Positions 30,172 to 40,564 are shown, counted from the first letter of the stretch. The stretch: 64,000 nucleotides of DNA from Eubacteriales bacterium (GCA_045649105.1 JAZRPG010000022.1:12878-76877), one strand, 5' to 3'. Notes: generated from the sequence alone by a model not told the origin. Numbers and translations are program-made.

Positions 30172-31098
30172 ATGAATCTGTCTTATCTTAAATATGCACT
30201 TGAGGTTGAGAGGACGCGCTCAATATCACAGGCGGCGGAAAATCTCTTTATGGGTCAGCCTAATTTAAGTCGGGCGCTCCGAGAGCTTGAGGAATCGATA
30301 GGGATAAAGATTTTCAAGCGCTCGTCAAAGGGAGTGGCTCCTACGGAAAAGGGCATTGAGTTTTTGCAGTATGCGCGGGTAATTGTGTCGAAAATTAACG
30401 ATATGGAGACGCACTTTTCAGGAAGCGGGGACTCTGTGCAGAGCTTTTCCGTATCGGCTCCCCGTGCGAGCTATATAGCGCACGCATTTTCAAAGTTTAC
30501 CTCATCGCTTGACCTTGCCTCATCACTTGACCTCGGCTTTTTTGAGACAAATTCGCTCAAGGCGGCGCAGAATGTTGAGGAAGGGGTAAGTTGTCTCGGA
30601 ATAATCCGCTACCCTGCCTCGCGCGAGCAGTATTTTATGGACTATCTGGATGAGCAGGGGCTTGAGCATGAAGAGATCTGGAGCTTTTCGTATCTTGCGC
30701 TTATGGATGCCGGGCACCCGCTTGCAAATGTAAAGAAAGTATCGAGCACGGACCTGCGCGATTTTATAGAAATACGCCACGGAGACCTTGTGACCCCGTA
30801 TCTGCCGGCGGTAAAGGACGGCATGAATCATGCCAGAAAGAGAATCTCGGTGTATGAGCGCGGCAGCCAGTTTGAGCTTTTGTCAAGTGTCAGGGGGACA
30901 TATATGTGGGTTTCTCCCATGCCTGCAGAAATGCTTGAGTCGCCGCGGCTCGTCCTTCGGAAATGCGAGGGGATGGAGGATATATACAAAGATGTCCTTA
31001 TCTGGCGCAAAAATTATGAGTTTACAAAGCTTGACAGGTCGTTTCTTGAAATACTCAAAGCCGAGCGGGACAGCTTATCGGTAATAATATATCAATAA
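30172..31098 (+). CDS. LysR family transcriptional regulator
   Basis: SISQAAENLFMGQPNLSRALRELE..GIKIFKRS HTH; 308 aa. Confidence 0.92.
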   Translation: MNLSYLKYALEVERTRSISQAAENLFMGQPNLSRALRELEESIGIKIFKRSSKGVAPTEKGIEFLQYARVIVSKINDMETHFSGSGDSVQSFSVSAPRASYIAHAFSKFTSSLDLASSLDLGFFETNSLKAAQNVEEGVSCLGIIRYPASREQYFMDYLDEQGLEHEEIWSFSYLALMDAGHPLANVKKVSSTDLRDFIEIRHGDLVTPYLPAVKDGMNHARKRISVYERGSQFELLSSVRGTYMWVSPMPAEMLESPRLVLRKCEGMEDIYKDVLIWRKNYEFTKLDRSFLEILKAERDSLSVIIYQ

Positions 31099-31154
31099 AA
31101 ATATATCGATATATAATATAAACATTTAACAAACGGCAAATCATGTGGTACACT
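31091..31154 (+). promoter_or_regulatory. adh promoter with upstream copy of the same palindrome
   Basis: ATCAATA-N6-TATCGAT at 31091-31110; TTAACA-17nt-TACACT at 31126-31154. Confidence 0.5.
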
Positions 31155-31198
31155 GTGAACACAGAAACAAAAAACAAATTTGTAACGGAGGAATCATG

Positions 31199-32374
31199 AT
31201 GGCAAGATTTACATTACCGAGAGACTTATACTACGGAAAGAATTCAATGGAAATCTTAAAGACAATTAAGGGCAAGCGCGCGATTATCGTAGTCGGCGGC
31301 GGCTCTATGAAGCGCTTTGGATTTCTTGACCGTGCAGTTGAGTACTTAGAGAGTGCGGGAATTGAGGTTCGCCTTTTTGAGAATGTTGAGCCGGATCCGT
31401 CAGTAGAAACTGTTATGCGCGGCGCTGAGGCAATGCGTGAGTTTGAGCCGGACTGGATCATTTCCATGGGCGGCGGCTCTCCGATAGATGCTGCAAAGGC
31501 AATGTGGGCATTTTATGAGTATCCGGAAACAACATTTGAGGACCTTATCACTCCGTTTAATTTCCCGGAGCTTCGCCAGAAGGCAAGATTCATTGCAATC
31601 CCCTCCACATCAGGAACAGCTACGGAGGTTACGGCATTTTCAGTTATCACAGATTACGAAAAGGGTGTCAAGTATCCGCTTGCTGACTATAACATAACAC
31701 CGGACATCGCGATTGTTGACCCGGAGCTTGCAGAGACAATGCCGAAGACACTTACGGCGCACACGGGTATGGACGCTCTTACACATGCAATTGAGGCATA
31801 TGTATCAACGCTCAACTCACCGTTTACCGACCCGCTCGCACTTAAGGCAATAAAGATGGTCTTTGACTACCTTGAGGCATCGTTTGACGGAGATATGAAT
31901 GCGCGTGAGCAGATGCACTACGCACAGTGCCTTGCAGGAATGGCATTCACAAACGCACTTCTCGGAATAGTCCACTCCATGGCACACAAGACAGGTGCTG
32001 CCTTCTCAACAGGCCATATTCCGCACGGATGTGCAAACGCAATTTACCTGCCCTATGTAATTAAGTACAACGCAAAAGAAGCAAAGGCAAGATATGCGGA
32101 TATCGCAAGATACATCGGCCTTGAGGGCGCAAATGACGATGAGCTTTGCACAAAGCTTTGCGAGAAGATTGACAGCTTTAATAAGTACCTCGGAATCCCG
32201 AAGACGCTTGCCGAGTTCGGAATAAAAGAGGATGAGTTTAAGGAGAAGGTTGCAAAAATTGCTGAGCTCGCAGTCGGCGATGCATGCACAGGTTCAAATC
32301 CGAGAAAGATTACTCCTGCCGAGATGGAAAAACTGTTCAACTGCATTTACTACGGCGAGGAAGTTAATTTCTAA
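31199..32374 (+). CDS. iron-containing alcohol dehydrogenase (NADPH-dependent butanol dehydrogenase-like)
   Basis: GGGSM, GGGSPIDAAK, PSTSGTATEVT, GMDALTHAIE, HSMAH, HGCAN. Confidence 0.93.
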   Translation: MARFTLPRDLYYGKNSMEILKTIKGKRAIIVVGGGSMKRFGFLDRAVEYLESAGIEVRLFENVEPDPSVETVMRGAEAMREFEPDWIISMGGGSPIDAAKAMWAFYEYPETTFEDLITPFNFPELRQKARFIAIPSTSGTATEVTAFSVITDYEKGVKYPLADYNITPDIAIVDPELAETMPKTLTAHTGMDALTHAIEAYVSTLNSPFTDPLALKAIKMVFDYLEASFDGDMNAREQMHYAQCLAGMAFTNALLGIVHSMAHKTGAAFSTGHIPHGCANAIYLPYVIKYNAKEAKARYADIARYIGLEGANDDELCTKLCEKIDSFNKYLGIPKTLAEFGIKEDEFKEKVAKIAELAVGDACTGSNPRKITPAEMEKLFNCIYYGEEVNF

Positions 32375-32533
32375 TAATACCAATCACCCCCCAAAATATA
32401 TAATGGGCGGACCGCAATCGGCCCGCCCATTGCGCAGTTATATGCTTATAAAGAAGATAAGCCCAAATACAGAAATATTATGCATGGTGCCGGGGTTTAT
32501 CGGCTTTTTGTCTACAGAAAGAGGTAAAGAAAT

Positions 32534-33376
32534 ATGTACAAAATAGTAAAAAAACAGGTGCTTAATCCAACCGTTATGCGTATGGATATTGAAGCTCCGG
32601 ATGTCGCAAGAAAGGCAGAGCCGGGGCAGTTTATAATCCTTCGCGCAGATGAGGCAGGAGAGAGAATTCCGCTGACTGTTGCAGATTATGACCGTGAGAG
32701 AGGAACGGTCAGCATAATATTCCAGATAGTCGGAGCAACAACAGAAATTCTTTCGCATAAGAACGAGGGGGATTACATTCCAGATTTTGCAGGTCCGCTC
32801 GGAAGGGCAACACACACCGACGGGCTTAAGACAGTTGCCGTTGTAGGCGGAGGAGTAGGCTCTGCAATTGCATACCCCGTCGCGAAAAAACTGCACAGCC
32901 TCGGCGCGCATGTTGATGCTATAGTGGGATTCCGCTCGCGAGAGCTCGTGATTCTTGAAGATGAGTTCAAGGCCGCAAGCTCTGAGCTTTATGTTATGAC
33001 AGATGACGGCAGCTACGGTGAAAAGGGCCTTGTGACCGGGGCACTTGAGCGTTTGATTGAAAGCGGCAGAAAATATGACGAAGTAATAGCAATCGGGCCT
33101 CTTGTGATGATGAAATTCGTAAGCGCACTCACGCGTAAATACGGGATAAAAACCATTGTCAGCATGAACCCGATAATGATAGACGGGACGGGCATGTGCG
33201 GCGGCTGCCGCCCCACCGTCAACGGTGAAACGAAGTTTGCCTGCGTAGACGGCCCGGAATTCGACGGACACGAGGTCGATTTTGACGAGGCGATAAAGCG
33301 CTCGTCAATGTATAGGGATTTTGAACAGCATGCACGCGAGGAAGCCTGCAGACTTTTTGCAAAGGAGGCGGAATAA
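32534..33376 (+). CDS. nfnA: NfnA-like FAD/[2Fe-2S] subunit of electron-bifurcating transhydrogenase
   Basis: PGQFIILR, GERIPLT, IGPLVMM, DGTGMCGGCR, ACVDGPEF. Confidence 0.82.
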   Translation: MYKIVKKQVLNPTVMRMDIEAPDVARKAEPGQFIILRADEAGERIPLTVADYDRERGTVSIIFQIVGATTEILSHKNEGDYIPDFAGPLGRATHTDGLKTVAVVGGGVGSAIAYPVAKKLHSLGAHVDAIVGFRSRELVILEDEFKAASSELYVMTDDGSYGEKGLVTGALERLIESGRKYDEVIAIGPLVMMKFVSALTRKYGIKTIVSMNPIMIDGTGMCGGCRPTVNGETKFACVDGPEFDGHEVDFDEAIKRSSMYRDFEQHAREEACRLFAKEAE

Positions 33377-33378
33377 AA

Positions 33379-34764
33379 ATGCCCAATATGTCTATGAAGA
33401 AAAACGAAATGCCGCAGCAGGCGCCCGAGGTACGCAATAAAAACTTCCTTGAGGTTGCGCTCGGCTACAGCCCGGAGCAGGCGATAGACGAGGCAAAACG
33501 CTGTCTCGGGTGCAAGACCCGCCCGTGCGTCGGCGGGTGCCCCGTTGCGGTTGATATTCCTGAATTTATAGCAAAGGTCGCAGAAGGTGACTTTTCGGCG
33601 GCATATGATATTATATCAAAGTCCAACGCGCTTCCTGCCGTGTGCGGCAGAGTATGCCCGCAGGAGACGCAGTGTGAATCAAAATGCGTTCGCGGCATCA
33701 AGGGCGAGCCTGTTGCAATCGGAAGGCTTGAGCGGTTTGTCGCAGACTGGCACAACGCGAATGCATCAGACGTTCCCAAGGCACCTGAGAAAAACGGGCG
33801 CCGCGTCGCCGTTGTAGGCTCCGGCCCGTCGGGACTTGCCTGTGCAGGTACGCTTGCAAGGCTCGGCTACAGCGTAACGGTGTTTGAAGCGCTGCATGTT
33901 GCAGGCGGCGTTCTGACTTACGGAATACCTGAGTTCCGTCTCCCGAAGGCTGTTGTCCGCCGCGAGATTTCAATATTAAAGGAGCTCGGCGTAGAGATAA
34001 GGACAAACACAATAATCGGAAAGACATTCTCTGTTGACGAGCTGCTTGACGGCGAGTATGACGCGGTATTTATCGGCTCGGGAGCAGGACTTCCCGTATT
34101 TATGAAGATACCGGGCGAGAATCTGAACGGCGTTTACTCTGCGAATGAGTTTCTTACCCGTATAAATCTTATGGAGGCGTACAGGGAGAATCCGGCAACA
34201 CCCGTGATGCATGCCAAACGCGTTGCCGTTGTCGGCGGCGGAAATGTTGCAATGGATGCGGCGCGCTCGGCAAAGCGCATAGGTGCCGATGTAACGATAG
34301 TATACCGCCGGACGGAGAATGAGCTTCCGGCAAGACATGAGGAGATTGAGCATGCTCGCGAAGAGGGCATTGAGTTTAAGCTTCTCACAAGTCCGCTTGA
34401 GATTGAGGGTGACGACAAGGGCTGGGTTTGCAATATGCGCTGTCAGGAAATGCGCCTTTCCGAGCCCGATGCCTCAGGCCGTGCGCGCCCTGTCCCCGTT
34501 GAGGGAAGCGAGTTTGACCTTCCGTGCGATTCGGTTATAATGGCTATAGGAACATCTCCGAATCCGCTTATAAAATCCACCACATCAGGCCTTGACACCG
34601 AGCGCTGGGGCGGAATAATAGCGGATGAGGCAGGAGCCACCTCGCGCGCCCGTGTCTGGGCGGGCGGCGATGCCGTTACAGGCGCGGCTACTGTAATTCT
34701 TGCTATGGGAGCGGGAAAAGCCGCGGCATTTGATATTGATAAAAAACTCAGTCAGGAGGTTTAG
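33379..34764 (+). CDS. nfnB: NfnB-like (GltD-like) flavoprotein subunit
   Basis: RCLGC..PCVGGCP, CGRVCPQETQCE, GSGPSG, GGGNVAMD, GAATVILAMG; follows nfnA, no gltB in window. Confidence 0.82.
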   Translation: MPNMSMKKNEMPQQAPEVRNKNFLEVALGYSPEQAIDEAKRCLGCKTRPCVGGCPVAVDIPEFIAKVAEGDFSAAYDIISKSNALPAVCGRVCPQETQCESKCVRGIKGEPVAIGRLERFVADWHNANASDVPKAPEKNGRRVAVVGSGPSGLACAGTLARLGYSVTVFEALHVAGGVLTYGIPEFRLPKAVVRREISILKELGVEIRTNTIIGKTFSVDELLDGEYDAVFIGSGAGLPVFMKIPGENLNGVYSANEFLTRINLMEAYRENPATPVMHAKRVAVVGGGNVAMDAARSAKRIGADVTIVYRRTENELPARHEEIEHAREEGIEFKLLTSPLEIEGDDKGWVCNMRCQEMRLSEPDASGRARPVPVEGSEFDLPCDSVIMAIGTSPNPLIKSTTSGLDTERWGGIIADEAGATSRARVWAGGDAVTGAATVILAMGAGKAAAFDIDKKLSQEV

Positions 34765-34766
34765 CC

Positions 34767-35387
34767 GTGGCACTTGATGGAATCTCAAAGTCCACACTGC
34801 AGCGCTTGCCGTCATATCTGCGATATTTACAGTCGCTCGGGTGTGATGAAAATGCGAATATATCCGCAACAGCGATTGCAGCTGCGCTGGGTCTTAATGA
34901 GGTGCAGGTGCGTAAGGATATCGCTTCTGTGGCTTCTGCGGGAAAGCCTCGTGTCGGATATAACGTGCTGGGTCTTATAAGCCAGCTTGAGGTGTTTCTC
35001 GGATATGACAATGCGCGTGATGCGGTGATTGTAGGAGCAGGAAAGCTCGGCTGTGCGCTTATGGAGTACGGCGGATTTTCGAGCTACGGAATAAATATTG
35101 TTGCCGCATTTGATAAAAATCCTGAGGTGGTATCCTGCAAAAAGAATATATTCCATATAAATGACATGCCCGATTTATGCAGGCAGAAGGATATAAAAAT
35201 CGGGATTATCACTGTCCCTGCCGCAAATGCACAGGAGGCGTGTGATATGCTTGTGTCAAGCGGGGTTCTCGCAATATGGAACTTTGCGCCGTCACATATA
35301 ACGGTTCCTGAGGGTGTGCTCGTCCAGAACGAAAATATGGCGGCGTCACTCGCGATTTTGTCAAATCATCTTTCAAAAAGAATATAG
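34767..35387 (+). CDS. rex: redox-sensing transcriptional repressor Rex
   Basis: RLPSYLRYL, QVRKD, VGAGKLG, IWNFAP. Confidence 0.9.
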   Translation: MALDGISKSTLQRLPSYLRYLQSLGCDENANISATAIAAALGLNEVQVRKDIASVASAGKPRVGYNVLGLISQLEVFLGYDNARDAVIVGAGKLGCALMEYGGFSSYGINIVAAFDKNPEVVSCKKNIFHINDMPDLCRQKDIKIGIITVPAANAQEACDMLVSSGVLAIWNFAPSHITVPEGVLVQNENMAASLAILSNHLSKRI

Positions 35388-35474
35388 GATAAAAGAGAAA
35401 AGCTAACCTTTTTCTGACAAATAAGTCGGATTAGGTTAGCTTTTTTAGTTATATAAAAATATATTGCTGTTTTC

Positions 35475-36260
35475 TCAGCCTTCCTCAAAGTTTCCGAGGA
35501 AAGCGGAAATGCGCTCATTTTGCCTGTTTGAAAAGACCTCATCGGGTGTCCCGTCGGCAATTATGTTGCCGCTGTCCATGAATATCACACGGTCAGAAAC
35601 ATCGCGTGCGAATTTCATTTCATGCGTGACGATTACCATTGTCATGCGCATCTTGGCAAGCTCGCGTATTACCTTAAGAACTTCAAGCGTAAGCTCCGGG
35701 TCGAGCGCGCTTGTAGGCTCGTCAAAGAAGAGTACTTTCGGCGCAAGCGCAAGTGCGCGCGCAATCGCAACGCGCTGCTGCTGCCCTCCGGACAGCTCGC
35801 ATGGGTAGCTTCCTACCTTTTCTGAAAGTCCGACGCGCTCAAGAAGCTGGAGCGCATTGTTCTCGATTTCGTCTGTTATCCGGTGCTTGTTTTTCTTATA
35901 GTCGCTGCGCTTTTTTGCAAGAAGCTTCGGTGCGAGCGTGACATTGTCAAGAACATTGTACTGCGGGAAAAGGTTAAAGGACTGAAAAACAAGGCCGCAG
36001 TTTAATTGCCAGCGGCGGCGGGACTCTGCGGTGGGCTTTTCGCCTGACTCGGAATCGAAAACGACATCTCCGTCTATGACTATTTTGCCTGCGCTCGGAG
36101 TCTCGAGCGCATTTATACAGCGCAGAAGCGTCGTTTTTCCGCTGCCGGACGAGCCGATTACGGACAAAACCTCGCCCTCGGAAAGGTTAAAGCTTACGCC
36201 GCTGAGGACTTCGTTTTTGCCAAAGCTCTTATGAAGTTTTTGAACTTCTAAAATAGCCAT
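35475..36260 (-). CDS. polar amino acid ABC transporter ATP-binding protein
   Basis: GSSGSGKTT, LSGGQQQRVAIARAL, FDEPTSALDPEL. Confidence 0.93.
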   Translation of the reverse strand: MAILEVQKLHKSFGKNEVLSGVSFNLSEGEVLSVIGSSGSGKTTLLRCINALETPSAGKIVIDGDVVFDSESGEKPTAESRRRWQLNCGLVFQSFNLFPQYNVLDNVTLAPKLLAKKRSDYKKNKHRITDEIENNALQLLERVGLSEKVGSYPCELSGGQQQRVAIARALALAPKVLFFDEPTSALDPELTLEVLKVIRELAKMRMTMVIVTHEMKFARDVSDRVIFMDSGNIIADGTPDEVFSNRQNERISAFLGNFEEG

Positions 36261-36263
36261 AAT

Positions 36264-36911
36264 TTAACCCCTGTAATAGTTGAGTTTCTTTTCCATAAAG
36301 CCGAAGAGAATCGTGAGAATACCGGTAAAGGCAAGGAAGTAAAGCGCCGTTGAAAACAGCGGCCAAATCATACCCTGCTTGGTAAAGCGTTCTGCGCACA
36401 TTATAATTTCCGTAACAGCTACAACGCGCGCAAGAGAGGTGTCTTTTACGAGGGTTATAATCTCGTTCCCCATAGGCGCCGTAATGCGCTTTATTACCTG
36501 GAAAAGGACGATTTTTGAGAACACCTGCGCCTTTGTCATGCCGAGGACCTGACCGGCTTCGTACTGACCCTTGGGTATGCTCTCTATTCCGCCGCGGTAT
36601 ATCTCGGAGAAATACGCCGCATAGTTTATTATAAACGCGATAAGTACTGCCGTTATGCGTGAGCGGAGCGGCATATCAAAAAGAAGCCCCGGTGCATATA
36701 AGACAATACAAACCTGGAGCATCAGGGGCGTACCCCTGATGACCCAGACAAATGTTCGTGTAAGCCACCGCAGCGGACGGAATTTCGTCATCGACCCGAA
36801 CGTGATAATGAGCCCGACCGGAAGCGCTGCAAGCAGTGTTACAAAAAATATTATACAGTTTACGCCAAACCCGTCAAACAGAGAGTTTACAACGAGCTCA
36901 AAGGTTGTCAT
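36264..36911 (-). CDS. polar amino acid ABC transporter permease
   Basis: RGTPLMLQ, AAYFSEIYRGGIESIPKGQYEA, KDTSL. Confidence 0.93.
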   Translation of the reverse strand: MTTFELVVNSLFDGFGVNCIIFFVTLLAALPVGLIITFGSMTKFRPLRWLTRTFVWVIRGTPLMLQVCIVLYAPGLLFDMPLRSRITAVLIAFIINYAAYFSEIYRGGIESIPKGQYEAGQVLGMTKAQVFSKIVLFQVIKRITAPMGNEIITLVKDTSLARVVAVTEIIMCAERFTKQGMIWPLFSTALYFLAFTGILTILFGFMEKKLNYYRG

Positions 36912-36926
36912 ACCGAAAAATCCGCC

Positions 36927-37766
36927 TTACTCTTTGATTAAAAGTGAATCAAGCTTATATTTCTTTGCGATTACTTCGAGTGTGCCGTCAGACATAAGCT
37001 CTTCGATTGTGTTGTTTACAACAGTTGCCATGTCGCTGCCCTTGCGGAAAGCAATTCCGTACTGCTCAGGTGAGAACTCCTTTGACTCAACGACAACGAG
37101 GTCCTCAAAGTCTGTGCCCTCGCCGATTGAGCCGATGGAGAGAACATAGTCAACGATTGCGATGTCTGCTGTACCCGATGCAACATCCATAAGTGCGTTT
37201 GCCTGTGCAGCGACTGCTGTGAATGCAACATCCTTAAAGAACTCATTCTCAAGTGCAAGTGTCTCGCCTGCAGAGCCCTGCTCAGCGACAACGCTTGCGC
37301 CGAGAACGCCCTCAGAATACTTCTCGAGGTTTTCCTTCTTAACGACCATTACCTGCTTGTTTTCCATATACGGAACAGAGATTTCCATGTTTGCACGGCG
37401 CTCGTCTGTGATTGTCATGCCGTTCCAGATGCAGTCAATGTTCTTTGAGTTGAGCTCAACCTCTTTGGAATCCCAGTTGATTTCGATGAGCTTCGGTGTT
37501 ACGCCGATTTTCTCGCAGACAGCTTTTGCAAACTCTGTTTCAAAGCCGACGAGAGTGTTTGTGTCGTCATAGTAGTTCATCGGTGCAAACAGAGTCATAC
37601 CGATTACCATTTCGCCTTTGCCTGTGATGTAGTCTGCATCAGAAGCAATGACATTGTCGCTTGTGTCGGAAAGGATATCCTCGCCGTTGTTTACGTCGTT
37701 TGTGCAGCCTGCAAACAGGACAAGCAGCATCATTGTTGCCATGATAAGTGCAATAATTCTTTTCAT
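36927..37766 (-). CDS. polar amino acid ABC transporter substrate-binding lipoprotein
   Basis: FAGC lipobox, FAPMNY, IDCIWNGMT, EQYGIAFRKG. Confidence 0.92.
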   Translation of the reverse strand: MKRIIALIMATMMLLVLFAGCTNDVNNGEDILSDTSDNVIASDADYITGKGEMVIGMTLFAPMNYYDDTNTLVGFETEFAKAVCEKIGVTPKLIEINWDSKEVELNSKNIDCIWNGMTITDERRANMEISVPYMENKQVMVVKKENLEKYSEGVLGASVVAEQGSAGETLALENEFFKDVAFTAVAAQANALMDVASGTADIAIVDYVLSIGSIGEGTDFEDLVVVESKEFSPEQYGIAFRKGSDMATVVNNTIEELMSDGTLEVIAKKYKLDSLLIKE

Positions 37767-37905
37767 TTTTTGTGCCTCCCAAATAAATTTAGTTTTTTAG
37801 TGTAACACTATTATAGCACATCGCTTTATCATTGTAAAGTAAAAAAATATTTTTTCTAAAAAATGCTCCCCGAGAGGATTTCTCAGGGAGCAGAAAAGTC
37901 TTATA

Positions 37906-38940
37906 TTACATACCGATTGAGGTTTTAATTTCAGTCCAGACCTTGTCATAAATGCGTGTTTTGTCGCCGAGTGAGGAGAAAATCTCAAGGTCATGCTTTG
38001 AGGTGTCGGGATAAGCTGTCGGGTCGTTTCCTGCCTCGCCCATGAGTGCGCGAGCCTCAGTAGACGGCGATGAATAGCCGATGTAAAGCGCATTTGAAGC
38101 GGCTATATCGGGGCGGCACATGAAGTCAATAAACTTCTCGGCACCGGATTTGTTCTTTGCGTTTTTCGGGATACACATCGCGTCGAAAAAGATGTTTGAG
38201 CCTTCCTTGGGGATTACATACTCAAGGTCGGGGTTTTCCGACTTGCAGTATACCGCGTCCCCTGCCCAGACAAGAGCGAGAGCTGCCTCGCCGCCTATCA
38301 TTTTGTCCTTGACCTCGTCGACGACATAGTTTAAAACGAGCGGGCTCTGGGCGATAAGCTTATCCTTTGCCTTTGCAAGAGGCTCCTCGCCCGATTCGTT
38401 GAGGCTGTAGCCGAGGTATTTAAGCGTGATTCCGATAGCGTCGCGCTGGCTGTTCATCATTATAATGCTGTTTTTGTACTGCTCATCCCAGAGAGAGCCC
38501 CAGCTTGTTATTTCGCCGTTTACCATTGTTTTGTTATAGAGAATGCCGACTGTTCCCCATGTATACGGAACGGAATATTTGTTGTCCGGGTCGTAGGAGA
38601 GGTTCTTGAACTCGCCGTCTATGCACTCGTAATTCGGAACATTTGCAAAATCAATCTCAGCAAGCATATCCTCATCAATAAGGCGCTCAATCATGTAATC
38701 GGACGGAACAAGCACATCATAGTTGTTGTTTGTGTTTTTAAGCTTTGTATACATATCTTCGTTTGTCTCGAACATTTCGTATACAACGCGAATGCCTGTT
38801 TCTTCCTCGAACTTCTCGATGGTGTCCTCGGCGATGTAGTCGCCCCAGTTGTAGACGGTAATTATCTCCTGGCTGTTGTCGCAGGAGGCCAGCGCAAATG
38901 TCATGCACAGAGCGATAATTGCAAGCAGAAGTTTTTTCAT
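37906..38940 (-). CDS. potD: spermidine/putrescine ABC substrate-binding lipoprotein
   Basis: VYNWGDYI, FETNEDM, PSDYM, PYTWGTVG, WAGDA, PKEGSN. Confidence 0.9.
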   Translation of the reverse strand: MKKLLLAIIALCMTFALASCDNSQEIITVYNWGDYIAEDTIEKFEEETGIRVVYEMFETNEDMYTKLKNTNNNYDVLVPSDYMIERLIDEDMLAEIDFANVPNYECIDGEFKNLSYDPDNKYSVPYTWGTVGILYNKTMVNGEITSWGSLWDEQYKNSIIMMNSQRDAIGITLKYLGYSLNESGEEPLAKAKDKLIAQSPLVLNYVVDEVKDKMIGGEAALALVWAGDAVYCKSENPDLEYVIPKEGSNIFFDAMCIPKNAKNKSGAEKFIDFMCRPDIAASNALYIGYSSPSTEARALMGEAGNDPTAYPDTSKHDLEIFSSLGDKTRIYDKVWTEIKTSIGM

Positions 38941-39734
38941 ATTCGTGTTCCCTCTTTTTTCAGTTTTTTATCTTTTTTTGCGGCGCTTGCGTTAACTACA
39001 ATGAGAAGTATGAGTATTGCAGTGAACATGAGCGTCGAAAGAGCATTTATCTTGGGGTTTATTCCGCGTTTTGCCATTGTATATATAGTTATTGAAAGAT
39101 TGCTGACGCCGTTGCCCGTAGTGAAGAAGCTGATAATAAAATCGTCAATCGACATCGTGAGTGACAAAAGAAAGCCTGTGCCGATTCCGGGAAGAAGCTC
39201 AGGAATCGTAATCTTCCGGAATGCCTGCCACGGGGTACAGCCGAGGTCCTGTGCCGCGTCTGAAAGGCTTCCGTCAAGCTGGCGGACCTTGGGGAGAACC
39301 GAAAGAATTACATACGGGATACAGAATGTTACATGGCTTAAAAGCATTGTAAAAAATCCGAAATTCAGCTTTAAGAGAGTAAAAAGGAGCATGAGTGACA
39401 CGCCTGTTACGATTTCGGCATTGAGCATCGGGATATATGCGACGGACAGAACAAAGGTGTTTGCCGCGCTCTTTCTTCCGCCGAGGCCGTATGCCGCGCA
39501 CGAGCCGATTATTGTGGCAATCACGGCTGCGAGAACGCCGCACAGTAAGGTTGTTGAAAGTGAGCTCATAATAACCCTGTCGGAAAAGAGCTCGGTATAC
39601 CATTTAAAGGTAAATCCGTTCCATACGGCGCGGCTCTTTGAGTTGTTAAACGAGTACACCATAAGAACTATTATCGGCGCATACAGAAAGAGAAGGACGA
39701 GGCCGATATATGTCTTTTCAAGCTTTTTTCTCAT
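38937..39734 (-). CDS. potC: spermidine/putrescine ABC permease
   Basis: FLYAPI, YSFN, DAAQDLG, SIDDF, PKINALST. Confidence 0.9.
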   Translation of the reverse strand: MRKKLEKTYIGLVLLFLYAPIIVLMVYSFNNSKSRAVWNGFTFKWYTELFSDRVIMSSLSTTLLCGVLAAVIATIIGSCAAYGLGGRKSAANTFVLSVAYIPMLNAEIVTGVSLMLLFTLLKLNFGFFTMLLSHVTFCIPYVILSVLPKVRQLDGSLSDAAQDLGCTPWQAFRKITIPELLPGIGTGFLLSLTMSIDDFIISFFTTGNGVSNLSITIYTMAKRGINPKINALSTLMFTAILILLIVVNASAAKKDKKLKKEGTRI

Positions 39735-40564
39735 AAAAACCGCCCCCCGCTTCCGCTGTTTTTCTCCACATCGCCTTTATTTATAAAGTACATAAAGGAA
39801 AGTACAACGAGCATGACAAGAAGGCTTATGACAGAGCCGAAGTGCCAGTCGTTCACCACGCGGTACTGCTGCTCTATGACATCGCCGATGAGAGGGACCT
39901 TGCCTCCGCCCATAAGCTGTGATATTACAAAGGTTGTAACGCCGGGGACAAAAACCATCGCAATCCCGGAAAGAACACCGGGGACGGAAAACGGAAGCGT
40001 TACTTTAAAAAATGCCTGTATACTGTTTGCGCCGAGGTCATGCGCCGCCTCAAGCAGGCTGTTGTCAAGCTTTAAGAGCGTTATATATATAGGCATAATC
40101 ATAAACGGCAGGAAGTTATAAACCGTGCCGAGGACAACCGCGCCTTCGTTATACAGAAACTGAATTTTCCCGAGCCCCAGCTTCTGAAGCAGAGAATTCA
40201 CAAGTCCGGTGTTCTCAAGGATTGAGAGCCAGGAATATGTGCGAAGCAAGAAGTTCATCCACATGGGAAGCATTATAAGAACTATTATAATGAGCTTCGC
40301 CCGGGACTTGCTCCTTGCGAGAATGTATGCAACGGGATAGCCGCAGAGAATGCAGACTACAGTCGACAAAATAGCAATCTTAAAGCTTCTCGCAAGTACG
40401 CCGAGATACATCGGGTCGGTAAATCTGCTGAAGTTTTCAAAGGAAAGGGTGACTCCTGCGTCGGACTGCATCGTGAAGGCAAAGTATACGACCATTGCAA
40501 GCGGAAACAGCACGAAAACCAGCGTCCAGACATAGAGCGGTATCAAAAAAGCAGCTCTTTTCAA
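39731..40564 (-). CDS. potB: spermidine/putrescine ABC permease
   Basis: LPMWMNFLLRTY, YNFLPFM, EAAHDLGA. Confidence 0.9.
   Translation of the reverse strand: MKRAAFLIPLYVWTLVFVLFPLAMVVYFAFTMQSDAGVTLSFENFSRFTDPMYLGVLARSFKIAILSTVVCILCGYPVAYILARSKSRAKLIIIVLIMLPMWMNFLLRTYSWLSILENTGLVNSLLQKLGLGKIQFLYNEGAVVLGTVYNFLPFMIMPIYITLLKLDNSLLEAAHDLGANSIQAFFKVTLPFSVPGVLSGIAMVFVPGVTTFVISQLMGGGKVPLIGDVIEQQYRVVNDWHFGSVISLLVMLVVLSFMYFINKGDVEKNSGSGGRFL

Noticed and set aside
31100-32533. Canonical Rex boxes upstream of adh or nfnA
   Set aside because: Only a TTAACAA half-site (31126-31132) is seen; no full TTGTTAA-N4-TTAACAA palindrome
32438-33271. Long antisense ORFs (e.g. 32438-33271, 7904-8680, 39001-39786, 44156-44851)
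   Set aside because: Shadows of well-supported genes on the opposite strand, with no recognisable motifs
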